Below, piece by piece: positions 55,521 through 64,000 of a DNA stretch of 64,000 nucleotides. The stretch is from an uncultured bacterium (lineage in GTDB: Bacteria > Acidobacteriota > Polarisedimenticolia > Polarisedimenticolales > Polarisedimenticolaceae). Below the pieces are notes generated by a model that was not told the DNA's origin, searched no databases, and saw only the letters and a program-made list of their open reading frames with translations. The DNA lies in contig CALNYP010000047.1 in the NCBI GenBank assembly GCA_942490715.1, forward strand, positions 4,744 to 68,743. Reading direction: 5' to 3'. Made by a program: the position numbers and the translations under genes. Each line of letters begins with the position of its first letter. Within the stretch, counting starts at the first letter, position 1.

Positions 55521-57664
55521 AGTTCCGGAACGCGGTGCTGCTGGCGGTTGCGCTGATCGGAGCGGTCGGCGGCGGCAGCGCAGTGTTGCAGGCCGAGGGT
55601 CAAGAAGGAGAGGGTTCTCGCCGAGACACCAGCATCGTCGAGGAGACCGGACAGGAGCTGTTCCAGATCGACGTCAGCGTTCGCCGGACCCGCCGCTCGC
55701 CCGAGGGTGAGATTCCACGCTTTGCCTTGACCGATTTCGACCTTGTCGTCTTCGGGCGGCCGACGCCGATCCGCTACCTCGACTACGTCTGCACATCCGC
55801 TCCCGGGGAGAACCGGATCGCCGACGACGACTCGAGGGATGCGCAGGAAGTTTCCCCGGAGATCTCGGCGACCGGGGACGCGGCCGACGCCACGGCAAGT
55901 GCCACACCTCGGGCCCGGGCGACCTACCTGTTCTATCTCGAGCTGTCCCACCTGACGATGACCGGGCTGAATAACACCCTGGACATGCTGGAGGAGATGG
56001 TCCCGCAGCTCGTGCGTGACGGCAATCGCGGAGTCCTCGTCTCCAGCGGCAACACGGTCGTCTCCAGCGACGTCTCGGACGACCCCGCGGTGCTGCTGGC
56101 GACCCTGACGCAGGTCCGTAAGGACCCGGAGCAGTGGACCTCCTACGCCTACGCCCAGGGTGAGGCCTTTCGTCACCAGGAGGTCCGTCAGGCCCTGGCC
56201 CGGGGCACCCACATCGGCGTCAACGTCGCGCGGCAGTTCCAGCTCGAAGAACAGCAGATGACCAACAACCGGCTGCGCCGCTTCTCGGCGGTGCTGGGCA
56301 TGCTGGCCGACCTCGATGCACCCAAGGCGGTCCTCTACTTCTCGGACATCGTCCGCAGCAACGCCGGCGAGCACTACTTGAATGCCGTCGGCGCCGGTGT
56401 GCTCGGCACGACCGACCCGGAAGACACCGCGTCGATGATGCGCGGAGAGCTGACGGCCCAGTATGCGGTCGACGCCGTGATGAAGGAGGCCGGCGCCCAG
56501 GGCGCCCGGCTCTACACCGTGCAAGCCCAGGGGCTGCAACACTCGACCCAGACCCGGGCCAACCTCGATGCCGAGAGCACGATGACCTCCTTCGCCCTCG
56601 AGACCGGTGGCGAGACGTTTCGCGGCGGCACCGACCCCCGGGATCTGAAGCGGATCTACGACCGGATCGCAGCGGATCTCGGTTGCGTCTACCTGGTCAG
56701 CTTCGACCCCGGTGATTTCCCCCGGGACCAGCCGCTACCGGTCCGGGTTCGCTTCGATCCCGAATCCGAGCGGGCGATGGAGTTCGCGCGCCTGTACGAC
56801 ATCCGCGCCCGGGGCCAGATCGTGATCCAGAGTCCGGCAGCGCGCCATGAGTCGGTGCTGCTCGCGGCCCACGCCGCGAACTCGGCGGTCGAATCGACGC
56901 CGGGCCGGACGGTGTTGATCCCGCTGGCCTACGACAGAGGCAAGTTCGTCGCCCTGGCCCAGCTGGCGGTCGCCAACCCCGATCTACCCGAGGGGATCCG
57001 CACCGAGACGACCTGGGACGTCGGCATGAGCCACGTCGTCGACGGCAAGGTCGTCGAGGACGTTTCCTCCCGGATCGAGGTCGAGGATGCCCGGGCACCG
57101 GTCGTGCTGGAGACCGCGTGGAGTTTTCGTCCCGGCGAGAGCGAGATCGTCTCCGTCGGCTACGAACAACGTTTCGGCCAGCTCGTGACCGACGACCTGG
57201 AGCCCGAGTGGCCCAACCCGGATCTGTTCCGTTTCACCGTCACCCCCACCGCCCTGGTGCAACCGGTCGACGGCGTGTTCGTCCGGGTCGAGGGCCAGGA
57301 GCAATCCTCCCGGCGACGAGGCTCCCTTGGTGTCGGCGACGGCAGCGTCTTCGTCGATCGACCGACCTATGCGATCACGCTGGTCTGCCGGGGGAAGCGC
57401 TACAACGACGAGGTCTGGATCGAGCGCGACCTCGCCGGTGATTCGACCGTCGCCTTCGCGCCGGTGCACTGGCCCCACGACGGGGATCGCTGCACGCAGA
57501 TTCGCGACCTGATCCGCCCCGGGCAGATGGGCTGGGGCGAGTTCACCTACGGCATCCGTGTGCGGGACAATCCGGACGGGATCGGAACGCCCCTGGCCGA
57601 GGGCTCCCGTGAGTTCGCCGCCCTGCCCGGCGGCACGGACTCAGACGTCGTCGCGACGGAATAG
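55517..57664 (+). CDS. VWA domain protein of the acidobacterial VWFA-related type
   Basis: ATG 55517 overlaps the formamidase stop (ATGA). Signal peptide MKFRNAVLLAVALIGAVGG. Family-like blocks (FQIDVSV...., DF.L...G....I......, YLFYLE, FALETGGETFRG..D......I..DL...Y.VSF.P). Confidence 0.8.
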   Translation: MKFRNAVLLAVALIGAVGGGSAVLQAEGQEGEGSRRDTSIVEETGQELFQIDVSVRRTRRSPEGEIPRFALTDFDLVVFGRPTPIRYLDYVCTSAPGENRIADDDSRDAQEVSPEISATGDAADATASATPRARATYLFYLELSHLTMTGLNNTLDMLEEMVPQLVRDGNRGVLVSSGNTVVSSDVSDDPAVLLATLTQVRKDPEQWTSYAYAQGEAFRHQEVRQALARGTHIGVNVARQFQLEEQQMTNNRLRRFSAVLGMLADLDAPKAVLYFSDIVRSNAGEHYLNAVGAGVLGTTDPEDTASMMRGELTAQYAVDAVMKEAGAQGARLYTVQAQGLQHSTQTRANLDAESTMTSFALETGGETFRGGTDPRDLKRIYDRIAADLGCVYLVSFDPGDFPRDQPLPVRVRFDPESERAMEFARLYDIRARGQIVIQSPAARHESVLLAAHAANSAVESTPGRTVLIPLAYDRGKFVALAQLAVANPDLPEGIRTETTWDVGMSHVVDGKVVEDVSSRIEVEDARAPVVLETAWSFRPGESEIVSVGYEQRFGQLVTDDLEPEWPNPDLFRFTVTPTALVQPVDGVFVRVEGQEQSSRRRGSLGVGDGSVFVDRPTYAITLVCRGKRYNDEVWIERDLAGDSTVAFAPVHWPHDGDRCTQIRDLIRPGQMGWGEFTYGIRVRDNPDGIGTPLAEGSREFAALPGGTDSDVVATE

Positions 57665-58181
57665 CGTCCACGTCCGCAACTCTTCGGCGTTCGCCTCGCC
57701 GAGAATCCGGTAGCCGAACTTCTCGTAGAACGGCAGGTTCGTCTCGGGCCAGGCCCTCTCCCTGGGCCTCGGGACGGACCCCGATCATGCCCAGGTAGTA
57801 GTGCGGCTCATCGGGTTCGAGGGGATCGCATGCGTCGGCGAAGGCCTGGAACCGGCGGATCGCCCCGTCGCCGAGGACCCGGCACATCTCCTCGTATCGC
57901 CGGACCAGTTCCGCAGGCGCCGGGACGGAACTGGGCGGATTGATATTCGCGGCGGCGAGGATGCGGCCTTCGCGCTCGACGCCCAGCACCGGCCAGTTCC
58001 GGGAGAAGCGGGAGTACGTGAAGTAGCCGACGAGATACGGCAAGTGTTCGTCGAACCGGTCGCCCGACTCCTTGAGGACGTAGCGCATCACCGGGTAATC
58101 CCGGAACGCGTCACCGAGGGCGTCGACCACTTCGTCGAAGCGATCGGGAGTGAGGCGGACGAGTTGATTCTTCAGCTTCAT
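57641..58181 (-). pseudogene. GNAT-family N-acetyltransferase remnant (internal deletion plus frame change near 57747)
   Basis: The N-terminal part MKLKNQLVRLTPDRFDEVVDALGDAFRDYPVMRYV...YLGMIGVRPEAQGEGLAR stops being homologous. The expected C-terminus ETNLPFYEKFGYRILGEANAEELRTWTLFRRDDV* is readable in another frame and ends at 57641. Roughly 30 residues expected between the two pieces are absent. Confidence 0.65.
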
Positions 58182-58256
58182 CGGCAGCATTGTAGTTCGT
58201 GGGCGGGTAGCCGTCTCCGTGGGCATCGCCCGGCGCGTTTTCGCGCCCGGACCGGA

Positions 58257-58982
58257 TCAGTCGGTGATCTCGGCTGGACCGGCACAGTACTGCGCGTGAC
58301 GGAAGGTTGCCGCCGCCGACACCCCCGGATTCCGCGAAGCCAGCGCCAGGCCGATGAACGGGTTCGGCCCCATCTCGCTCTCCCGTCGTCCGATCTCGAT
58401 CCAGCGTTCGCCATCGTCGGAGCGGTAGCCGATGAACTCCCCGCCGACCCGCCGTACGCGGACCCACCCCGGTGCCCTGGGCCACTCGTCGGCGGTGCGT
58501 TGCAGGTCGTCCTGGCGACGGGCGGCGAACATCGCCCCGCAGCCGGAACGAATCGCCGTCGTACCGTGAGGGCTGTCCTCCCGGAGACTGTCCCGCACCA
58601 TCACACCCGCTTCGCCCGCGCAATCGGCACCGGCGACCGTCTCGACGTAGGCCGCGAGGTCGATCTCGCCGTGGAGCCGGACGTAGGCGAAGTGAAACGA
58701 ATCGCTCCGCTCGACGGTCTCGCTACCGCGTGCCGAAAGCTGGTAGGCCCCGGCGATCCAGTGGGACTCGCCGAGGATCTTCGCCTCGCCGATGTCCTCG
58801 CCGAACAGCGGCATCGTCGACAGCGGTGTCGTCTCGGCACACGACAGACGAGCGATGACGAAATCGGAATCGGTCGTGAAGGCGTCGCTGACCATCGACT
58901 GGCCGCAGGCGAGGGTCGACAGCACCGACAGGCTCAGGGCCGGAAGGGCGACGAAACTGCCTTTCATCGGGCGAAACGCCAT
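58257..58982 (-). CDS. Secreted hypothetical protein, possibly concanavalin-A-like lectin/glucanase (DUF1349-like) fold
   Basis: 241 aa with signal peptide MKGSFVALPALSLSVLSTLACG. Pattern ...GEIDLAAYVE...AGEAGVMVRDS...GWVRVRRVGGEFIGYRSDDGERW. The fold call is tentative. Confidence 0.6.
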   Translation of the reverse strand: MAFRPMKGSFVALPALSLSVLSTLACGQSMVSDAFTTDSDFVIARLSCAETTPLSTMPLFGEDIGEAKILGESHWIAGAYQLSARGSETVERSDSFHFAYVRLHGEIDLAAYVETVAGADCAGEAGVMVRDSLREDSPHGTTAIRSGCGAMFAARRQDDLQRTADEWPRAPGWVRVRRVGGEFIGYRSDDGERWIEIGRRESEMGPNPFIGLALASRNPGVSAAATFRHAQYCAGPAEITD

Positions 58983-59109
58983 CGTGAGACTCCGGAGGAG
59001 AGCGAGATCCGGGCGGCCGGGCTTGGTTCCAATGTAAGTCCGCGCCGCAGACCGGTCGATGCGCCGGCCACTTACGTTTTCGATGGCAGTCGAGAGCGGC
59101 CCTGGAGGG

Positions 59110-61674
59110 CTAGTCGAGGGTGACTTCCTCGGCCGGGCGACGCTGGTTGTAGTTCGAAGCCATCACCGCTCCGTACGCTCCGGCGTTCTCGATCAGCAGC
59201 ACGTCGCCGGGCCGCGGCTCGGGCAGCAACCGATCGTTGCCGAGGATGTCGCTGGTCTCGCAGATCGGTCCGACGACGTTCCAGTAGTCGGTCGCCGGTT
59301 CGTCGAGCCTGCTCAGGTTGTGGATCCCATGCCAGGCGCCGTACAGCGCGGGACGCAGCAGCGAGTTCATCCCCGTCGCCACGCCGACGAAGCGCACGTC
59401 ACCCTTGCGGCGAATCTGGGTCACCGGCGCCAGCAGCACGCCGGCCTCGCTGACCAGGAAGCGGCCCGGCTCCATGCGCCACTTCAGCCCGGGGTGCCGC
59501 CGGCGAACGCCGGCGAGGCTGCGTTCCACCTCGGACAGGTCGAGCTCGGTCTGCCCCGGCCGCTCGGCGATGCCCAGGCCACCGCCGAGGTCGATCCACT
59601 CCACGGCGTCGAACGTCGTCGCCAGGGAGGCCAGCGCGTCGGCGGTGCGCGCCCAGGCGCCGGGGTCCAGCACTCCACTACCGACGTGGGCGTGCAAGCC
59701 GACGACCGTGGCGCCGGCGGCGTGGGTCGCCTGAGTCAGAGCCGCGCACTCGTCCATCCGCTGGCCGAACTTGGCCCGGGCGCCCGCCGTGAGCACCTTG
59801 GCGTGGTGACCCAGGCCACGGCCGGGATCGATCCGCACACCGATCGAGCGGTCGCGGAACGTCGCGGGCTGTTGCAGAAGCGGCTCGGGTCCGTCGACCG
59901 TAACCTCGGCGCCGGCGTCGAAGGCGGCCTGGTACTCGTCCATCGGGCAGAAGTTCGGCGTGAAGAGGATCGGCACATCGTCGCCCAGCAGTTCCCGGGC
60001 CCGGAGCACCTCCGCCGACGAGACACACTCGATCCCGAAGCCCGCGGCGGCGACGGTCTGCAGTACCGCGGGGTGAGAGTTCGCCTTCATCGAATAAAAC
60101 AGGCGGTCGAGGGAACGCAGCTCGTGGACCAGGCGTCCGGCGCGGTCGGCGATCGTCGGCAAGTGGTACACGTACCGCCCACGACCGTCTTGCACCAGAT
60201 CGCAGAGGCGGGCCTGGCAGCTTCGCCACCAGGGCGCCGCGCCCGCGGAAGCGGCGGCACCACCCTCCAGCACCTCCCAGCTCGCACCGAGTCGCGGGTC
60301 TCCGCTGTGGGCGGGGAACAGCCGCTCGTGCAGCCGGGCGACCAGGGGCTCGGCGTGCTCCTCGTCGACGACGAACGACAGGTTCAGGTCTTCCGACGAG
60401 TCGCTGACCAGGCGGACCCGTCGTTCCTGAAACACCTGCATCGCCGGCCCGAGTTCGTGAAGCGCCGCCCGGATGCGCCGGCCGACGATCGAGACCACCC
60501 CGCAAGGATGCACGACGTCGACGCGACCGAGGGTCCTCAACTGCTCGACCAGCCCGGCGAACGCCGTGCCCCCGACGCCACCGGGGAGCCGGTCCAGGGT
60601 GACGCTGACCGCGGACTGCGAGGTCGCCACGAGGTCGATCGAGACGTCGAAGTCCCGGAACATGCCGAAGACCCTGGCCAGGAAGCCGGCCTCCTCCCAC
60701 ATGTCGAGGGTCGAGAGGGTCACCAGCGTCACACCGCTGCGACAGGTGACCGCGGTGACGGCGGGATGCTCTTCGTCGGTGGACTCGATCCGCGTGCCGG
60801 ACCGTTCCGGTGCACGGGTCGAGTGCAACGTGACCGGAATCCCGGCTCGCGACACCGACTCGAGGCAGCGCGGGTGCAGGACCTTGGCTCCCATCGCGGC
60901 CAGCTCCCGGGCCTCGCGATAACCGATACGGCGGATCAACCGGGCGCTGGGGATCCGGCGCGGGTCGGCGGTGAACAGCCCCGGGACGTCGCTCCAGAGT
61001 TCGAGGCGCTCGGCACCCAGGACGGCGGCGAACAGTGCCGCCGAGGTGTCGCTACCTCCGCGACCGAGGAGTGCGGTCTCGCCGTCGGTCGTGCCGACGA
61101 TGAAGCCCTGGGTCAGGACGACCGCTTCGTCGCCGACGTCCACCGGCAAGCAATCCGCGACGTGCACCTCCGCCTCGAGATAATGCGTACGGTCGAGGCG
61201 AGGCTGCCGGGTCCGGCTGCGCAGGATCGTCCGGGCATCGACACGGCGGGCGTTGCAGTCGAACCGACCCAGCGCGGCGACACCGAGGTGGGTCGATGCC
61301 AGCTCTCCGGTGGCCATGATCCGCGCCCGCAGTCGCGGCGGCGCCTCGCCGGTCTTGCGGATCCCGTCGAGCCAGCGCTCCAGTTCGTCGAGGCAACCCC
61401 GCATCGGCGCCCGGGCGTCGACGTCGAGCTCCAGCTCGTCGGCCAGCCGCTCGTGGGCGTCCCGGATCGACGCCGGCGCATCGGCCGACTCCGAATCGAG
61501 GGCTTCGCCGACCGCGCGATCGAGCAGGTTCGAGACTCCGGCCAGCGCCGAGGCGACGATCCAGACCCGATGGGTCTCTCGCAACTCCCCTGCTCGTTCG
61601 GCGATCTGTCTCCAGTTGACCGCGCTGGCGACGGAGGTCCCGCCGAACTTGAGCACGATCCAGGGTTTGACCAT
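59110..61674 (-). CDS. lysC-lysA: Bifunctional aspartate kinase / diaminopimelate decarboxylase (LysC-LysA fusion)
   Basis: ATG 61674 gives MVKPWIVLKFGGTSV (aspartokinase P-loop-like motif), then kinase + ACT regions. The C-terminal half has PLP-decarboxylase motifs (LFYSMKANSHPAVL, GLHAHVGSG, ...GAYGAVMASNYN). Confidence 0.9.
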   Translation of the reverse strand: MVKPWIVLKFGGTSVASAVNWRQIAERAGELRETHRVWIVASALAGVSNLLDRAVGEALDSESADAPASIRDAHERLADELELDVDARAPMRGCLDELERWLDGIRKTGEAPPRLRARIMATGELASTHLGVAALGRFDCNARRVDARTILRSRTRQPRLDRTHYLEAEVHVADCLPVDVGDEAVVLTQGFIVGTTDGETALLGRGGSDTSAALFAAVLGAERLELWSDVPGLFTADPRRIPSARLIRRIGYREARELAAMGAKVLHPRCLESVSRAGIPVTLHSTRAPERSGTRIESTDEEHPAVTAVTCRSGVTLVTLSTLDMWEEAGFLARVFGMFRDFDVSIDLVATSQSAVSVTLDRLPGGVGGTAFAGLVEQLRTLGRVDVVHPCGVVSIVGRRIRAALHELGPAMQVFQERRVRLVSDSSEDLNLSFVVDEEHAEPLVARLHERLFPAHSGDPRLGASWEVLEGGAAASAGAAPWWRSCQARLCDLVQDGRGRYVYHLPTIADRAGRLVHELRSLDRLFYSMKANSHPAVLQTVAAAGFGIECVSSAEVLRARELLGDDVPILFTPNFCPMDEYQAAFDAGAEVTVDGPEPLLQQPATFRDRSIGVRIDPGRGLGHHAKVLTAGARAKFGQRMDECAALTQATHAAGATVVGLHAHVGSGVLDPGAWARTADALASLATTFDAVEWIDLGGGLGIAERPGQTELDLSEVERSLAGVRRRHPGLKWRMEPGRFLVSEAGVLLAPVTQIRRKGDVRFVGVATGMNSLLRPALYGAWHGIHNLSRLDEPATDYWNVVGPICETSDILGNDRLLPEPRPGDVLLIENAGAYGAVMASNYNQRRPAEEVTLD

Positions 61675-61702
61675 GCGCAGAATTATAGTGACGGTTCGGC
61701 GA

Positions 61703-63508
61703 TCAGTCTCCGGCAAACAGGCCGATCGGCTCGGTCAGGTGTCCCGTCTCCTCGTCGGCAGATTGCTCCTCCTCGACGAACAGCCAGACCCCCGTGCGCT
61801 CGATCGGACCCCGGCGCAGGGTCGCCGGATCGGAACCGCGGAATCCCATCACGCTGCCGACGACCGAAGGAAAGCGTCTTCCCGGGGTGACCGGGTACGG
61901 GATCAGTGTCATCCCGTCGTCGAGGCTCGCATGCCAGGCCTGGAAGGTTCGCGGCCCGGCGGCGTAGTTGCCCGGCGTGAGTGCGATCCAGCCCCATCGC
62001 TCGAGGGAGTGGGCGCCACCGCTGGCCTGCTGCTCCTGCATCTTCGCGTCGAATCCGGTCGGAGTGACCCGCCGCATGCGCAGCGTGACCGCCGAGGGTT
62101 CCTCCCGGGACTGGACCGCGGCGAGCACCACCGGTGTCTCGGGGAACGCGTCGGAATAACGGGGCGACTCCCAGCCGGTCACCCGGTGGCTGGCCGAGGA
62201 GACCAGCGTGCCGGCTTCGATCACGGCTCCGTCGAAGTCATGCCGCCCCGACTCGACGACCAGATAGGCGACCGCTTCCGGATCGTGATCGCCGTCGAGG
62301 TAGTCCCACTCCTGGAGCGAGAGCACGAAGGAATCGCCGGCGACGTCGTCGACCCGCACGACGAGCGGATCGACGTCGCCGGAAGTGGCCGGGCCGGCGA
62401 CGATCACCGGCAGGTCGAAGCGTCGAGGAAGCGGCACCCGGCTCGCCCCGGTCGTGACACCCCAGACCGTCCCCCACGCGACCGGGGACTCTGGATCCGG
62501 GTCGAGCCGTCTCAGCACGACGGTGTCCAGCTCTTCGGTACTTGCCTGCTGGGCGAACAGCCTCGATCCGAGGACCAGCGCGGCGACCTGCTCCTCGACG
62601 TGGTTCGTCTCCTCGTCTGCGGACCGCTCCTCCTCGAAGCGCAGGTTCCAGCCGAGGATCGGCGTCCACTGGTGGTTCACGCCGAATCGCTGGAGCAGGA
62701 AAGGCTCGACCTGGCCATCGACGATCAGATCGCCGGAGCCGGCGGGGTGATGGATCGCGACATAACCGACGGTCTCGATCGGGTGCCCGTTCTCGAACTG
62801 TTCCTCCTCGAGCAAGGAGGCGACGAAGCTGCCGGGCTGGATGTTGCGTGACACGACGACGACGGGCTCCGGCGAGTTCGTCGTCTGGGAGGTCAGCAGC
62901 ACCACGGGTGGAGCGGCGAAGCTCTCCTCGAAGAGCACGGTCCGGTTGGTGCCGACACCACCGATCCCGAACGTACCCGCCTCGATCACCGTCCCGTTGA
63001 CCAGCTCGTGCCGGCCGGCCTCGATGGCCAGGAACGGCACCCGTTCCTCGAGGTCGTGGACGCCGTCCAGGTATTGCCACTCGCCGTAGTTCGCCAGGAA
63101 GCCCGACCGCGTGATGTTGCGCAGCTGGACGACCCCGGGGTCGCTGCCGTGACGGGTCGGTGGCCCGACGATCACGACGGCGTCGCGGAGCGGCTCGGGA
63201 AACGTCACCGCGACCCAGTCCTCGGTCAGACCGATCTCGCCGGTCACGATGCGCTCGACGCACGTCGGTTGCTCCGTCGGTGAGACGCCCTTGGCCGCCC
63301 CTCGCTTCATCGGCAGCAGCGGACAGAGGGGGCAGCTCTTCGCCCCGGCGCAGTCCGGGTCCGCGCAGTCGATCCTGCCGTCGAGGTCCCCGTCCAGGCC
63401 GTCGTCGCAGATCGACTCGCCGGCCTGAAACGTCGAGACGCACGCCAGCGCGAGGATCAGCGCCAGTCCGGTCCGCAAGAAGTCGCTCGTGTGCCCGGGG
63501 AGTCGCAC
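61703..63508 (-). CDS. Secreted uncharacterized protein with N-terminal Cys/Asp-rich motif and a two-fold about 270-aa internal repeat
   Basis: Signal peptide ...GLALILALACVSTF. CDDGLDGDLDGRIDCADPDC motif. Two repeats each contain (Q/G)EW.YLDG.H..E.V..L..E.GRH......IEAGT and end in (F/V)EEE.SADEET.H. No family recognised. Confidence 0.75.
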   Translation of the reverse strand: MRLPGHTSDFLRTGLALILALACVSTFQAGESICDDGLDGDLDGRIDCADPDCAGAKSCPLCPLLPMKRGAAKGVSPTEQPTCVERIVTGEIGLTEDWVAVTFPEPLRDAVVIVGPPTRHGSDPGVVQLRNITRSGFLANYGEWQYLDGVHDLEERVPFLAIEAGRHELVNGTVIEAGTFGIGGVGTNRTVLFEESFAAPPVVLLTSQTTNSPEPVVVVSRNIQPGSFVASLLEEEQFENGHPIETVGYVAIHHPAGSGDLIVDGQVEPFLLQRFGVNHQWTPILGWNLRFEEERSADEETNHVEEQVAALVLGSRLFAQQASTEELDTVVLRRLDPDPESPVAWGTVWGVTTGASRVPLPRRFDLPVIVAGPATSGDVDPLVVRVDDVAGDSFVLSLQEWDYLDGDHDPEAVAYLVVESGRHDFDGAVIEAGTLVSSASHRVTGWESPRYSDAFPETPVVLAAVQSREEPSAVTLRMRRVTPTGFDAKMQEQQASGGAHSLERWGWIALTPGNYAAGPRTFQAWHASLDDGMTLIPYPVTPGRRFPSVVGSVMGFRGSDPATLRRGPIERTGVWLFVEEEQSADEETGHLTEPIGLFAGD

Positions 63509-63589
63509 AAGGCAGATGTACGAGCGAACCGCCGCGGATGCACGGCGGGTGCCAAACGGCGGGGTTTTTCGCGGCCGGAATCGGCCGGG

Positions 63590-64000
63590 TCAGAACCCGA
63601 CCCGCAGGCCGAACTGGAAGCGGCGGCCGAACTCCCTGGTCCCGGTGTTCACGCCGAGGGAGGTGCTCTCCAGGCGAATCGTGTCCTCGTTGAGCAGGTT
63701 GAAGATCTCACCGGTCAGCTGCACGTTGACCGTCTTGATCTGGAACTCCTTGACCAGCTTCACGTCGACGGTCCAGAAGGACGGGTTGCGCTGGTCGTTC
63801 CGCTGTCCGGTCGGAAAGCGCAGGCGAAACCGCGCATTGGCGCTGCGTGCGAGGTTCAGCAGTTCCGGCGAGGTGCCGGTGATCGCCAGCTGGGGCTCGA
63901 GGATCGAGTACGGCGTGCCGGACTCCCAGCGCAGCCGCCCGCCGAAACGCATCCCCCAGCCCGGCACAAGCGCCACTCCCGTCAGCTGGAAGACGTGCCG
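63590..64000 (-). CDS. TonB-dependent receptor-like outer-membrane protein, C-terminal fragment (gene continues beyond the window)
   Basis: The open frame runs to the window edge. The C-terminal strands are ...FWTVDVKLVKEFQIKTVNVQLTGEIFNLLNED...FGRRFQFGLRVGF, with a terminal aromatic typical of TBDR barrels. Confidence 0.7.
   Translation of the reverse strand, partial: RHVFQLTGVALVPGWGMRFGGRLRWESGTPYSILEPQLAITGTSPELLNLARSANARFRLRFPTGQRNDQRNPSFWTVDVKLVKEFQIKTVNVQLTGEIFNLLNEDTIRLESTSLGVNTGTREFGRRFQFGLRVGF

Noticed and set aside
61675-61702. Lysine (L-box) riboswitch or leader upstream of lysC-lysA
   Set aside because: Only 28 nt separate the gene from the upstream stop codon, far too short for an L-box.
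63541-63589. CGGCCG-attc-CGGCCG hairpin next to a T5/A5 run after the TonB-dependent receptor fragment
   Set aside because: The stem is only 6 bp. On the transcribed (minus) strand it is followed by A residues, not U. That is too weak to call a terminator.

Overview
GC-rich bacterial chromosomal window (most 60-nt lines I sampled by eye are about 70% G+C), densely coding on both strands. I found no rRNA, tRNA, CRISPR array, transposase or integrase. Two ADOP-type duplicated FtsX permeases and an acidobacterial-type VWFA protein suggest an Acidobacteriota-like organism (inference only). Housekeeping genes (class A PBP, lepA, hemW, a lysC-lysA fusion, yigZ, DksA/TraR) alternate with many secreted or outer-membrane proteins that carry eukaryote-like extracellular domains: Kazal-like, C-type lectin, LRR, 14x FG-GAP, VWA, caspase C14 and gingipain C25. 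Main candidate for a new system, at 24.6-38.0 kb: a FadL/PorV-like outer-membrane barrel gene heads an operon with a secreted protein, a giant FG-GAP protein and an extracytoplasmic caspase-like peptidase. This operon converges on a >1100-aa gingipain-like (C25, PorU-like) peptidase and a ThuA-like protein. Several of these proteins, plus a three-copy tandem array of Kazal-like genes at 0.36-2.7 kb, end in the same FN3-like, Cys-containing C-terminal module. The arrangement resembles the PorV/PorU/CTD sorting logic of type IX secretion, but the tag differs and no core T9SS genes are in view. At least five accessory genes are disrupted: copy 1 of the Kazal-like array, a CocE/NonD hydrolase, an LRR protein, an M14 peptidase and a GNAT. 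Some breaks sit at homopolymers and could be assembly errors. Others involve internal deletions and look like real decay. The many long Arg/Gly/Pro-rich ORFs in the track are antisense or off-frame shadows typical of high-GC DNA and were not called.
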